A stretch of DNA of 60,539 nucleotides. Origin: an uncultured Candidatus Saccharibacteria bacterium (GTDB lineage Bacteria > Patescibacteriota > Minisyncoccia > Phycocordibacterales > UBA918). Shown here piece after piece: positions 17,285 to 30,800 of the stretch. A program made the translations under genes and the position numbers. How positions within the stretch are numbered: position 1 is the first letter of the stretch; the number at the start of each line of letters is the position of its first letter. The stretch is from NCBI GenBank assembly GCA_964593375.1, contig CAZQIF010000004.1, forward strand, positions 1 to 60,539, given 5' to 3'. The notes below the pieces were generated by a model. That model did not search any database. It was not told the origin of the DNA and saw only the letters and a program-made list of their open reading frames with translations.

Positions 17285-18811
17285 CTATCCGCCGATATTC
17301 TTAACCCATCCGAAGGTGCTCTGGAAGTTTTCAATAATGATGTCGATAATGTTTTTCTCTTGAATTGGTGTGAAGAGTACGTAGTTTTCAGAATCGGCCT
17401 TATTCCCTGCTTCATCTTTACAGCTGAGCCAGAATTGATAGACGGTTGCAGGTGCGAAATCAACAATAACCTCAACGTGTTCCTCGCTGTAACTCACATC
17501 CTTTGATTCAATGACCGTTGGATCAACACCACCAACAATACCCTCTCGGTATGACATGCTACAAAACGCAGGTTCATCCGTTGACCACTCAACAATCGTT
17601 TGAATGCGCGATTCACCTCCCGGGAAAAGGGTCGATTCATTGGTGACATTACTAATTATTGGAGGAGCAATATCCTTGACCGTAATGAAAGTAATAGGAT
17701 TAGATTTAACGCGGTCACCACCAGCATTTTCAACAATCACAAAGGCAACATAGCGAGTTCCTAAAGTAAGGTCAGCAATGCGCATCTGGTGCGTTGAAGC
17801 GAGTGTTGGGCGACCAATTGAGTTTTGTGAGCCGGTTGTGAGATCTTGGTACTCAATGAGAGCCTTTGCAGGAACGGTCGTGTCCCATGCAAGTGTTGCA
17901 GAGTTTTCCTCAACTTTCACAATGCGCAGATTGCGAATTTCAGGAAGAGAAGCTTTTGTTTTGAAGGTATAGTCACGGCTCTCCCCGCTTATGTTGTAAC
18001 TGTCTTTTGAGCGAACCTTAAAATGGTATTCAGTGTATGGTTCAAGCCCAATAAGTCGCACTTCGTGCTCTTTGGTGATTCCACCAGTGCTTGCTTGTGA
18101 AAAACTATACTGATCAGTAACAAATGAGTCGCTCGGTGAAAATATTACTTCTGAACTTGCTTCACGGTCGGTCGTCCACTTTACAATCGCGCTCGTCGTT
18201 TCAGCAATCACTGTTGGTGGACCAACAATGGTGAGGTCTTCAGTAATACCTTTAATAGCCTTTACCGTTTCATTTAAAATTTCCTGTAATTTTTCAGGCG
18301 AATCAATTTGCTGAATTTGCTGTACGACTTCTTGTGTCGTTGATTGTGACTGTGATTCGGTTTGTGACTGGGATTGACTCTGCACGGTCTGACTTGTTTC
18401 AGTCTGCGAGCTTTGACCCTGCCCATCTGCAGCACCCGTTTGCGGTGTTCCTTCGGTAACTACTTTGTAGTTAGCAGAAATTCCTTGGTTACCGGTTTCA
18501 TCAGAAGATACAACACGAAAATAGTACGTTCGCCCTGGTTCAAGTCCATCAAGCGTAATGGAGTGAGCTGTCTTATCGGCGACCGGTACGCGCACAATGC
18601 CATAATTTTCTTGGAGTCCATAGTTTACGAGCGAGTCAGCATCTTCATCGGTCTCCCACGTAATGGTTACACTGTCTTCCTTAACCGTAGTTATTTGCAC
18701 ATTGGTAATATCGGGAGGCGTCACATCAGCAGCACGCGCAATCGGAAGCACCTGCACATAGTACACAAGTACAAAAAGCGTGAGCGTTGCTGTGACAAGC
18801 GAACGTAACAT
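17285..18811 (-). CDS. Secreted protein with four FN3-type domains and a Q/S-rich linker
   Basis: 508 aa. Signal LFVLVYYVQVLPIARA. Repeated pattern ..ITWETDE.A.S.V.YG....Y.........H...L.GLEP.T.Y.F.V.S.D. Linker SQTVQSQSQSQTESQSQSTTQ. Confidence 0.8.
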   Translation of the reverse strand: MLRSLVTATLTLFVLVYYVQVLPIARAADVTPPDITNVQITTVKEDSVTITWETDEDADSLVNYGLQENYGIVRVPVADKTAHSITLDGLEPGRTYYFRVVSSDETGNQGISANYKVVTEGTPQTGAADGQGQSSQTETSQTVQSQSQSQTESQSQSTTQEVVQQIQQIDSPEKLQEILNETVKAIKGITEDLTIVGPPTVIAETTSAIVKWTTDREASSEVIFSPSDSFVTDQYSFSQASTGGITKEHEVRLIGLEPYTEYHFKVRSKDSYNISGESRDYTFKTKASLPEIRNLRIVKVEENSATLAWDTTVPAKALIEYQDLTTGSQNSIGRPTLASTHQMRIADLTLGTRYVAFVIVENAGGDRVKSNPITFITVKDIAPPIISNVTNESTLFPGGESRIQTIVEWSTDEPAFCSMSYREGIVGGVDPTVIESKDVSYSEEHVEVIVDFAPATVYQFWLSCKDEAGNKADSENYVLFTPIQEKNIIDIIIENFQSTFGWVKNIGG

Positions 18812-18876
18812 ATATACGTAAAGTGTACCACCTTACTCTTCGAGATTATGTATTTGTTATTAACAGACCACTGACG

Positions 18877-21800
18877 TTAGTCGAGAACTGCAGTAAACAT
18901 ATTAGTACCCCGATGCTCTCGACTTGAGGCAGGGTATGAGATTTGAATACCCCAGAAGAGCTCATCAACTATTGGTGTCGAAGTTGATGTTGGTTTTCCA
19001 AGATCTGCTTCTAAACTCACTGGCGTTGTTGATGAAAGTTGCTTACATGCGAGTCCGCAACCACCATACGTAAACGATGAGGTTGCAAATTTTTGGTTCG
19101 TTACCGGAATATATGATGAAATTCCATCAGTAAGGTCGGTTCCCTCGAGTGAGAGATCAAGTGCAATATTACCAATGTTTGTGATGGTGGTTGTCGGATT
19201 CGTTGATCCCGAGTTGCCGTACACTTCGAGTGGTGGGTAGCTAATACTGTTATCAACTGAAATAGCGCGCATTGTGGTGAGATCTATTGATGGCGCGCTC
19301 CCCGTCGCAATTGAGCCACCCATATCACTTATCGAGAGTGTAGCGCGCCATGTTTCGCCATCATATGGACTGAATGTATCAGTAGGATCAGCAAAGTAGT
19401 AAATGTCAGCAGAACAGCTAATGTCACATGAATTTGTGAACATATTACAGTTATTAAAGGAGCATTGTGTGGGCCCACTTGCAATATAACAATTGTTGTT
19501 ATCTCTCGAACATGCATCAGTAACTCCTGAACGATATATGGTTGTTGTTGCACGATTGATATCAAGGTCAGTATAGCCATTTAGGTCTGATACCGTACCG
19601 GTCGCATAGATTGTGGTGGTAACACCGGGCAAAAGAATAATATTGTTACCTCCATTGAGAGAGACTGACGTAATGTTTGGTACAAAGAGGAGTTCAAGTT
19701 CGGCAACACGCATGTATGAATCCAAACTTGTTGCATCATCATTCACTTTAAGGCAATAGTTTGAACTTGAAGCATTAATGGTTGCAGCAATTGCATACTC
19801 AACTTCAGTATATACATTACTTCCGAGTGTGAGGCTTTGCGTAACGTTTGAATTCTCTTCAATAGTTTGACCGTATGTGAATGTGCCTCTGCCACCAATG
19901 ATATCCGTCGTCGATGCCTGATTGGTTAGTGACGATGCTTGCATACAGATAGGTGACGTTCCGCACGAAGACTGAACGGGGACTGCTGCATACGAACCGG
20001 CACCTACTGATTCACAACTTGGCGATACTCCCTTCGGCGCATACATGAGTCGGTACTGATCATTTACTGAAAATCCGGTATTTTCAATAACAAAGCGTGG
20101 TCGCACAACCGTACCCGTTTGCACACCACTTGCCTTCACATTTTTTGCAGCCATCCATGAGGCTCCGCCTCGAACCTGTTCGAATCCTGTCGTGGTTGTA
20201 GGTTCAGTCGCAAGGAGTGGGCGTGCGGTGTAGAAATCCCAACCGCCACTCTGGAACCAGAAACCAAAACCAATTCGTCCTGATGTATAACTACTATCTG
20301 TCGCACTCGTTGTTGCAACAAGAACATCGTTCTTAAAGACTGAAACACCGATTGAGGTTGTCGCCCATCTAACTTCAACTTCATACCATCCCGTCGTATA
20401 CGAAATAGTTGTCGAAGACAGGACCGTCGTGAGTACATTGGTATCGTTATCAATCGCATCCTGTACGAGCGAAACGCGGTCAGTATCAAGAAGTTCAAGA
20501 CAAACACCATAGTTCTGATTACTTGAACCAGGGTTCTGAACACCAAAGAGCGTACAAATCTCATCGCCACTTCCTGCACCCGTATCAATATACTCAAAGT
20601 AGCGTATCGTTTGTCCTCGTGAGGTGGTTGCGCTTGGTCGGTATATGCCGCCAAATTCAGTTCTGTCGGTTGGACTCACTGCCTTCAGTCCATACGAACC
20701 TTGATACGCAAAACTTCCACTGGTCGTAAAGAGTGAGGTATACCCCGAGTAGTACGTTGCAATACTTGCATATTCAAAGTCATCGTACGCCGCGAATGTA
20801 CTCGTACCATTACCTGCATATGTTGCTCCACCATTGCCATAGTACATGTATATCTCGGTATCAGCTGAAGCAGCAAGTGACGGGACTTCTACCCATACCG
20901 TAGCACTTGTACTTGTTGCATACTTTTCACGTACGAAATCGATACTCGTTGTTCCGCCTTGTGTTGTAAAGCGTAAATCGTCAAAGTCGTTTTGCATATC
21001 GCTGTCCCAGGTGACTGGAATTTCGATAACTGCATTTGTGTACGTGGTTACATCACTATTTGTTATTTTCACACGCTTTCGCTTTGACCAATTTGTGTCA
21101 TACCATTCACTATCAGGAACACCTTCTCCACCATCATCGTTACGCCACCTGTATGCAGACTGTCGGGTAAGGAGACACGCGCTATCATCCCATTGAATTG
21201 AGCCACAAGCATCTCCACCATCGATGTCGAATGCTTCACCAGCGAGATTCCCTCGATGACTCGTGAGTGTCCACGCCGAACCTGTTGTTCCAGTGAGTTT
21301 TATGTTCGTCCCCGTAATTGCGGTAGTTGTTGCAAAGCGCATACCGCTAATAACCTGCGTCGCGTTATAGTTTAGGGTCGTTGAGCTAACCGTAATGAGC
21401 GAGCCACCTGAGACCGCGAGTTCATAATCACCATTTGAAATTGTCGTAATTGTCGTTGTTCCTGAAAGTGAAAGTCCGTTTGTGTCCATGTTACGCATTG
21501 CATAATTGAGTGCATAGAGTGTACCTCCGGTAACGTTCATGCTGTACGTACCAACTCCCTGATTCGTCATGGTAGTGGTGCCATTACTTGCACCTATCAT
21601 CTGAAGTAAGCCACCTGAGAAGGTTGTCGTCGCACCACTCGCCACACGTACATTTACCGCTCGCTCGATTCCTGTAAGACTTGTACCGTCAAAGTCGGTT
21701 GCATAGCTCCAGTAATCGGTTCCTGTAGTTCGTTCGTAGTTACCGTATATATTGAGTTCTCCATTCACACCACCATGATCTTGAGAGTACAGTGAACTCT

Positions 21801-24800
21801 GTGAATCACCCATCGTTGTGGTTGCACTACTATTCCACATACGGAGGTCAGTATTATTTGAGACAATGAGCAGATTATATGCATCACCACCCTGTGAGGC
21901 GCTATTTACGGTATATGGTACACCCGAGTTAATTTTGAGCGTGCTTCCGCTCCATGTGGTATTTCCTCCGCCGACAAGATTTGTGAACACACCCCCTACC
22001 GTGAGTGTTGTACTGCTTGCGAGCGTAAACGATGAGGCACTCGTGAGTGAGAAATTACCCGTTGTTGTTGCACTATTTGTAATTGTGTAACCACCAGTCG
22101 GTGCTGCAATAGAGACAATGTTAAAGAGTGAGCTACCCGGATTAATGGATTCACCGGTGTCCGTTGAGTTAAAGAGAATGGTACCACTCGCATGATTGAA
22201 TGCTCCACCTGTGTTGAGGAATGAACCCGCAATCGACATGGTACCTGTTGCAAGTGTGACGGTACCCTGTTGAATTGAAATAGCTCCGCGGAGCGCCACA
22301 TTGGTATCGGTAAAGACAAAGTTACTTAAGCCCGCAAATGTCGTTGAAGACAGATCTGAACCATTTGCACGAACGGTTGTCGATGAGGTTGTAGCAATAA
22401 ACCTGAGCGTTCCGCTATTGTGGGTGAATGTTCCCGCATTTACGAAATTCTTACTAAGTGTGAGCGTACCACTTGCCGAAGTAACACTACCCGAGAGGAT
22501 AGTGAAGTTGCCGGTCGATGTCGCATTGGTGTCGAGGTATGTCCAACTTCCCGAACCTGCAAAGGTTGTTGTTCCAAAATTTGAACCGCCCGTACGAATT
22601 GTTTCAGCTGCTGACGATGTGAAGCGCATGTGACCTCCGTTTTGCGCAAACGAACCTCCCGTGTTGCTGAGTGACCCTCCGATGGTGGTTGTTCCTGTAG
22701 GGAGTGTGAGTGCACCTTGTGTAATAGTCAAATCATTTGGAACATCGAGTGCACTATTTGTTACTGTCCAACTTCCTGAGCCATTCAAAGTCATGTTGTA
22801 GAGTGCATACTCATTGGTATCAATGGTGCGGGCTGCACCCGTCGTCGTAAATATGAATGTCGAAGTTTCGTCATCAATCGAAGCGCCCGTACCACTTATA
22901 AGGCTTCCACCAATGGTGTGCGTTTCAGAACCGGTTGCATCAAACACTGCATTAGCATAGAGCTCAACGGTGCCGTCGTATGCAGCACCAGCACCACCAC
23001 CTGAGACGGTCACATTTCCTCCAGGGCGGAACGTTTTATCTCCCCACACAATGAGCTTCGTGTTTAGAGGAAGAGTTAGCGTATCAGAACCTCCATCAAC
23101 TGCCGTAAATGGTATATCACCAGGGTCATCAGAAGAATCCCAGAGTGCCATGTCTGCAATCGATATTGGGTCAACACCTTCGTGTCGGACAATCACTCGA
23201 TTTTCATAAAGGTCAAAGTTACTAATTGTTGAAACCGAATCCTCTGAAACAGTTGAAGCCTTAACGGCCTTCCCATCGATGTATACAATAAATGAATCTC
23301 CGAGGTTAAACGAAACATTGGTAAAGGTATACACCGCAGTGCTTGCATTACAACTCGTTACATACTGGGTTACCCCACCAACTACAAGTTTAATATCATT
23401 TGAGCCATCGCACGCAGTTGAAGTTCCGGTGCCTTCCGCAGTAAATACACGTCCTGAGACAGAGAGCGACGTTGAGCTGTTGTCCCATACAATGTATCCT
23501 GGGTCACCAGCACTAGGACCTGGGTCAATATCGTAGCCCTCACCAGCCAGTCCACCACTATGATTTGTGAATTTCCAAGAGTTGAGTGTTGTCCCTGTTG
23601 CAGTCACATTGAATGCAGGAGTGGCACCAGAAGACGTCGCAAAATAGTTGTTCGTGAAATTACGCGTCTGAAGTGCGGTACCGCCCACAGTAATCGCCGT
23701 CCCACTTGCTTGTGACACTATGAAATCACCATACGAAAGTGATACAACCGTTGGTGTCCCCGAAAAGACAATTCCACTTACGTTTGTATTTCGAACCTCA
23801 TAATAATTCATGGTTGTTGAGGCCGTTCCGCCAATACGTAGTCCATATGCACCCACACCCTGATTTTGGAGTGTAGTTGATGCAGTTGGGTCACCAATAA
23901 CACTAAGTCCACCACCTGTATAGAGTGCGTTCGTACTTGAGGCGAATGACACGGTGACTTTTCGCTCATTTCCCGGTGTGAGAATTGTTCCGTCAAAGTC
24001 AGTTGCATAGTTCCAATAGTCAGTACCCGAGGTATTCGTGTATCCTCCATATATATAGAGTGCACCATTAGTTCCGGCATGATCTTGCGAATAGACGCTT
24101 CCCGTCGTAGTTGGAGATGTGGTTCCCGAAGAAGAGTTCCACATGCGCACATGCGTGTTTGCGCCAACACGAAGTGTGTCGTAGACATCTCCACCACTCG
24201 ACTTTACATTTATGGTCTGTGTTGTACCTGAATTAATGTAAAGTGTAGCTCCGGTCCACGTAGTATGTGAATCCAAAACTGCGTTATTGAATGTTCCCCG
24301 CACTTCAATCACAGAACCCGTCGTGTCTTCGCTACCGAGTGTGTAGAACGAAGCCGGTGCACTTTGGTTGTTATACTCTGTTTTAATCCAGTCCGATGAG
24401 CGAACCACGGTCGCCATACGTACTTCATCAACAGTTCCCGCAAGGTTTGTAGCCCAGAGATCATGACGTCCAATCTTTGCTCCTCCGAGTCCGGTGAGTG
24501 GCGAAGTTGCTGAGCCAGTAGAACCTGATGTTGTTGCAGCAAGCGCACCGTCAATATAAATCTTGAATTGTGAAGGATTCACTGCGGTCCCCGTTGCAGC
24601 ACTCCATGTACCAACAATGTAGTGCCAGTTGCCATCATGAACAGTCTGAACGGAAGAAATACCGATGTCGATAGTATTGCTATCCACTTCAAACCCAACC
24701 TGACCGGCAGTTCCGTGACCACCACCCGTTTGACCAATACCGAGTGTGAGACTCATACCTGCTCCCCCTCCTCGGTTTTGGACGATAGTTTTAGAGATTC

Positions 24801-27800
24801 CAGCATCAGTAGTCTTAAGCCACGCCCCGACGGTGTAGCTTGTCACGTTACTTTGCGTGTAGGTGGTATCAATATTTTGATTTGTTCCATTAAGTAAGAG
24901 GCTACCGTCAATCTGTCCCGCTGTTTGTGCTGGTGAGTTAACGTGCGTTCCATTATTCCCTGATGGTGAAGAATCGGCAGGATTTGTTCCCGTTGCTTCC
25001 TTCATGTGATAGATTCCCTTGAAATAGTTACTGCCTCCATCATTCCATGTACCGGTAATATTCCACTGGTCACTCGCACTTGAATTACCATAATAGAGGT
25101 ACAACTCCGTGTCGGTGGTTGTTGCGAGAACAGGTACTTGTACCCATGCCACTAATTCCCCCGTTGTTGAAGAGTACTTTTCAAGCTCATGTGACAACTT
25201 CGTGGTTCCGTCAGATGAGGTAAAGAGGAAATCTCCACCATTTGATTTACCGACATTGCCACCGCTTCCGGTGTACTTGAAGTTTGTATTTGTGGTATTC
25301 ACGAGTACGGGGAAATTGACGAGAGTTGACGTCGATGTACTCGCGACTTTCGTGTGATCAATCGTTATTTTCTTTCGGTATGACCAACCGATATCGTACC
25401 AATTTGCACCGCCACTCGACGTTGATGTGGCAACAACGAAGGATTGTGCATCGAGAATTGATAGATTTCTATCAGCACGCATACTTGGCCCAACCGTCCA
25501 TCCACCCGATGCACTGTTAAAGTCAACATCGTAGAATGACGAACCTCCTGGACTTACTACATTCCCGAGTGCGGTCGAATCAAAGATGACCTTACCATTT
25601 GAATGCACAAATGAACCGGTATTTGTCCAACTTCCCTCAACGGTAAAGAGACCACTGTTACTCCCCACAAGCACACCATTTGGTCTAATGTATACACTGC
25701 CAACCACATCAAGTGCGGTGTTATACGTATTGAAGTTAACCGTTGTAGGATTTGTACTACCTATCGTCAAATTATTTTGCACCACAATACCAAGACCAGT
25801 CGCGGTGTAGGTTGGTACTCCACCAAATGCATCGAAGTTTAAATTATAGTAACTCGTACCGAGCACGCTTGCATCGAGTGTGCCACTATATTGCACGGTG
25901 CTCGTCCCCTTGAGGAAGGTTCCATTCACTACAAAGACCGTACCCGAGCCACGGAGATTCCAACCGGAACCTCCCGCATTAAGATAGTGCGCACTCGAAA
26001 CAGTAAGTTTGCCAAGTACCGTTGTAGTTGCATTAGTGGCAGGTGTCGTAGTACCCACATTAACTGAATTTCCAAGAACCAAGTTACCAAAAGTCCACGC
26101 AGTCGTACCGCCAAGTGTGTTTGTTTGTTCAATCGTCGTTGTTCCGCTACCGAGGGAGACTGTACCATTTCCAGAGAATGAACCGTATGGGAGTGTGATA
26201 TTACCCGTACCGGTAACCGTACCTGTTGCCACATCAATATTCCCCTGTGCACGAATATTTCCGTTTATATTCCAACCACCATTTGCACCGGTAAACTGCA
26301 AATTATTGAATGAAATTTCTTGCCCAGTAGTTGTTGTGATAGTTTTTCCTGACGTCGTCGCATTCATAATCACTGTTGTTGAAGCTGAAGTGAATGTTGC
26401 ACCTACATCCATAGTGAAACTTCCACCGATTGTATAGGTAGACGTCGCCGACCCTGTAAAGGTTGCATTGTCATCGATATGGAGTGAGCCATCCTGACTC
26501 GTACCACTTGCGTTTCCGTTAATCGTTATATTGCCCCCTGGCGCAAATGTGGTACTCGACGCGATATGAAGCTCGGTATTGAATGGAAGCACGAGCGTGT
26601 TCGTCGTTCCCGTCGCTGCGGTAAATGAAATATCAGAATCATCACTATTATCGACTCTTGCCATGTCAGCAATGGTGAGTGGAAGCACATCTTGGTGCTT
26701 GGTGATGACGCGGTTCGCATAAATATTATGATTCGTGATATTTGCAGTTGGTGTCTTAGTGACTACCACACCCTTTTGCCCACCATTCGTATTGAGGTAC
26801 GTCGTTAAGGTCACATCCCCAACTACGGGAACATTAATACTATATGCACCGTTTAATGAAGCACACCACGTTGATGTTGCAGTACCAGGATTAATGATAA
26901 CGGTGACATTTGGTGTCACACCATTGCAGGTCGATGAACCCATAGTAGTGACACCATCGTCACTATAGACAGTACCCGAGAGGGTAATTAAGAGCGTACT
27001 ATCATCCCAACGTATATATCCTGGGTTTCCTCCGGGATCGACGTCATATGCTTCACCAGAGAGTGCCCCGGTATGCTCCCAGAACCTCCAATACGAAGTT
27101 GATGTTCCGACTGCGGTGACGTTCGTACCGCTACTCAGTGGAATCAGTTCTTCGGTACCCCATGACCCGTGTGCTGGTTCAGTTCCTTTGAATTTTCTCA
27201 CGAATACCCAATCGTAGTCTACGTAACTACCATAGTGGTTCTGAAGTGAGATTTGACCTGGAGAAGAATATGTTGCATCGCTACAACTCTTCATGAGTGT
27301 TCCGTTTCGATAGATTTTAAAATCAGAGGTTGAGGCAGTTACATCATAGATGTACCACACATCAGCAGTTGGTCGGTTAGTATCCACCGTACAACTCCCC
27401 AAGAAATTCCAACCACTATATGGTGGTCTGAGGAAGGACTGTCCCTGACCAGCACGCTGGTCAACACGGGCCTGATACCCTCTCTGAGGAACTGTTGTTG
27501 TTGCACTGCCACGGAATGCGACCGAACCGATACCGTCTGTCGCATTACGCGCTTTATACCCAATCGCGTTGTTGGTAAATCCGTTATAGGTCGGATTAGA
27601 ACCGAGTGAGGTGAATCCATAGTTACCACTCGTGATTCCACCACCGTTACGTACATAGGTTGGTGATGTTGTTGTTGAAATTTGTGGATATACACCGGTA
27701 ATGACTTCTCGCTGCCAACGTGAAAGGTCGACCGTAAAGTCATCAAAGAATAGGAAGGTTGCGTCACCATGCGCTCGCTCAGAAGCCAAGTACGGATATG

Positions 27801-30800
27801 ATGCTCCGGTATTTCCGTAGTACACGTAAATGCTTTGATTGGTCGTACTGAGGTCAGCGGGTATTTCTACCCACACTTCAGCAACGGTTGAACTTGTAGA
27901 CGACGCAACCCAATAGTCAATAGTTGTAGTGCCATTACTTGATGTAAACCGAACATCACCGAAATCAGTCTTTGCATTACTATTAAGATACACATGGGTA
28001 CCACTATCGGTACCAGCACCATAGTGAAGTGTTATCTTCATTTGGTAGTTTGTTCCAGCACCCGCAGCTGCGGTCAGTGTGTGAGATTTTCGGTAACTCC
28101 AACCTGCAAGCCAATCTGAAGGTGTTGAAGTTGACAGCGTGGTTGAGAAGTTCACTCGGTAAATTGGAAGAGCTGGGTTCTTATCAATCGTTGTTGAAGA
28201 AACCGTCATCGCGGTTCCGCTCGCTGCCGATACTTCAAAATCTCCATTTGCGAGTGACGCAATTGTTGTTGAACCGGTGAGGTTAAATCCAGTCGCATTC
28301 ATACCTTTGAACTGATAGTACTGTGCGTTCACCGTTGCAGAGGAAGCAGTAATGCCATAATACCCAGTTGATATCTTGTTTATCGATGTGGTTGCAGTCG
28401 ATGTACCAATAATTTGAAGTACCGTTCCGGTAGCAAAGGTCGCAGATGCGCCCGCATCAAAGCGAACATTAACTGGTCGTGAGGTTGATGCACCATCAAA
28501 GTCAGTTGCAGAACTCCAATACTCTGTTCCTGAGGTACGGACATAATTTCCAAAAATGTAGAGATACCCATCTGCACCGTTATGATCTTGTGAGTATAGT
28601 GAGCTCGTTGCTTGAATCGCGTATGTATCTGATGTTGAGTTCCACATCTGAATATTCGTGTTCGGCTTAATCTGAAGTACTCCATACGAATCACCACCCG
28701 TGTATTTCGAGTTGATGCTGTAGTTCCCTGCCTCAAGAGAAAGTATTGACGTTGTCGCCCATGTGGTCGATGCTCCACCGACTCTATTTTGGAATATGCC
28801 ACCCACAGAAAGTATGAGCCCGTCTCCGAGTGTAAATAGGGATGATGTCGCAAGGGTGAAATTGTTTGTCGTAGTGGCATTTCCGATAATCGTCCAACCT
28901 CCCGTGACACTATTAAATGTAACGTTATAGAGACTCGAGGCACCTGTACTGATTGTCTTACCACTCGATGTTGCATTGAAAAGCAAAGTACCACCATTCG
29001 GAGTAACCGTTGCCGTATTAGTAAAGGAACCTCCAATCGTCGTTGTTCCGCTCGGGAACGTGGTCGTTCCACTCGTGAGTGTGATATTACCAAGAGCGGT
29101 AATATTGGTATCAACAAAGGATTGTTCCCCGGTCCCTGCAAAATGCATTGAATAGAACGAGGAGTTGGTATCAATGACTTTGGTAGATGCTGACGTGAAT
29201 TTAACCGTACCCGTATTGTGATTAAAGCTACCTCCTGAATTGGTAAAGTTACCCACAACGGTAAGCGTATTACTTGGGAATGTGACTGTTCCCTGCGTAA
29301 TCGTCAAATCATTTGAGGTTGTGGCACTACTGTCATTAAACACCCAGCTTCCACTTCCACTGAAACGAAGGTTCCAAAATGCATTTTCAAATGGTGTACC
29401 ACTCGCCGTAATAGTTTCTGCACTTCCTGAATTAAAGAGTACGGTCGCTGCATTATTTGCAAATGTACCTCCAGCACTATTCCATGAACCAGTCACCGTA
29501 GTCGTTCCGGTCGGCATCGTCACGGTACCCGTTGCAATCGTAATATCATTACTAATGAGCAAATCTGCTTCACTAAAGAACCATGAGCCGACACCAGTGA
29601 AGTTCATGTTATAGAAATTATCTCCACCAGCAGTGATGGTATGGTTGGTGCTTGTTGCAGCAAAGTATACGGTACCCGCTCGTGCATCAAAGTTGTTTGG
29701 GCTCGCGTTAAGGTCGGTCCACTCACGCATCACCGTAATATTAAATGGGGTCGCCGAAACGTCGAAAATATCATCTGCACCAATAAGAAGCGACTGTGCG
29801 AGCACATGACCAGAGAGCAAAACTGTTTTTGAACCACCATCGATAACAACCCGACCAACGTTTTGAAGTGTTGGATTACCATCGGACCAATTCGATGTTC
29901 CCGTACCGTCGAATGTCGTGGTGCCGATACCTGTCCATATTCCGTTTGTGCTATTTACCAGATTTCCCGCAACCGTAATTGAAGTTGTACCTCGTGCAAA
30001 TGTTCCTCGTGTGACAGTAAGGTTTCCATTTACATCGAGTGTGGTAGCTGGTGTCCATGTTGCATTCCCCGTTGTTGTGCCAAAACTAAGATTGTAGAAC
30101 GAAGGAGCAAAAGCACCTGTTTCATCAATAGTTTCTGATGTTGATGTCGCAGTAAATACTACGTTCGAAGTTCCTGCGGTGGTCGTCGCATTATTATCCC
30201 AAGAACGACTGACATACATGGTATATGTGCCAAGATTGAGTGTTCCATTGTTTTCAATATTTGGAAGATTTACAGTGTCAGTGAGTGCAAAGGTTGAACT
30301 TGCCATAATATAGAGTTCCGCATTCGCACAACCAACATCAACACAGAGTGAAAGCGCCGTACCTGTTCCATTGAAGAAGAGGTCTTCATCTTGTGTGTAA
30401 TCGTAGTATCCAATATCCGCGTTCGTAAACGGTGTGGTCGTTGCATCATTTGAACCGAGCGTAACATGCTGTTCAAAAAGCTTAATGCCTTCCATGTTCC
30501 CCACACCATCGTAGCGTGCAATCGCAGCAGCTTCGTTTGTATCAGAAGCATTACTCATAAAGAACGTGAGAATATCTCCTGGAGAAGCGTTGACGTTTGA
30601 AATGGACCAAGTGCCCGCATTTACGCTACCAGTCTTGCCAACCTGGAGCACACCATTTACCGCTACTGCAACGGTTCCCGTAGAGACATTGGTTGACTGG
30701 TTAAACTGTTGAACGGTTCCTGATGCAGTAATACCCGCTGACCACGTCAGTGTCCAATCACTGAGAACTGGGCAAGAGGCGCCACAGGTCATGTTTGCTA

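Noticed and set aside
20165-20185. tRNA T-loop-like string ctgttcgaatcctg.
   Set aside because: It lies inside the giant CDS, and no acceptor, D or anticodon arms can be drawn around it. I found no convincing tRNA anywhere in the intergenic regions.
28380-29258. 292-aa ORF on the minus strand inside the 4202-aa gene.
   Set aside because: It lies in an alternative frame of the same strand within a long, compositionally biased CDS. The translation is R/L/H/Q-rich nonsense text without domain features. I judge it spurious.
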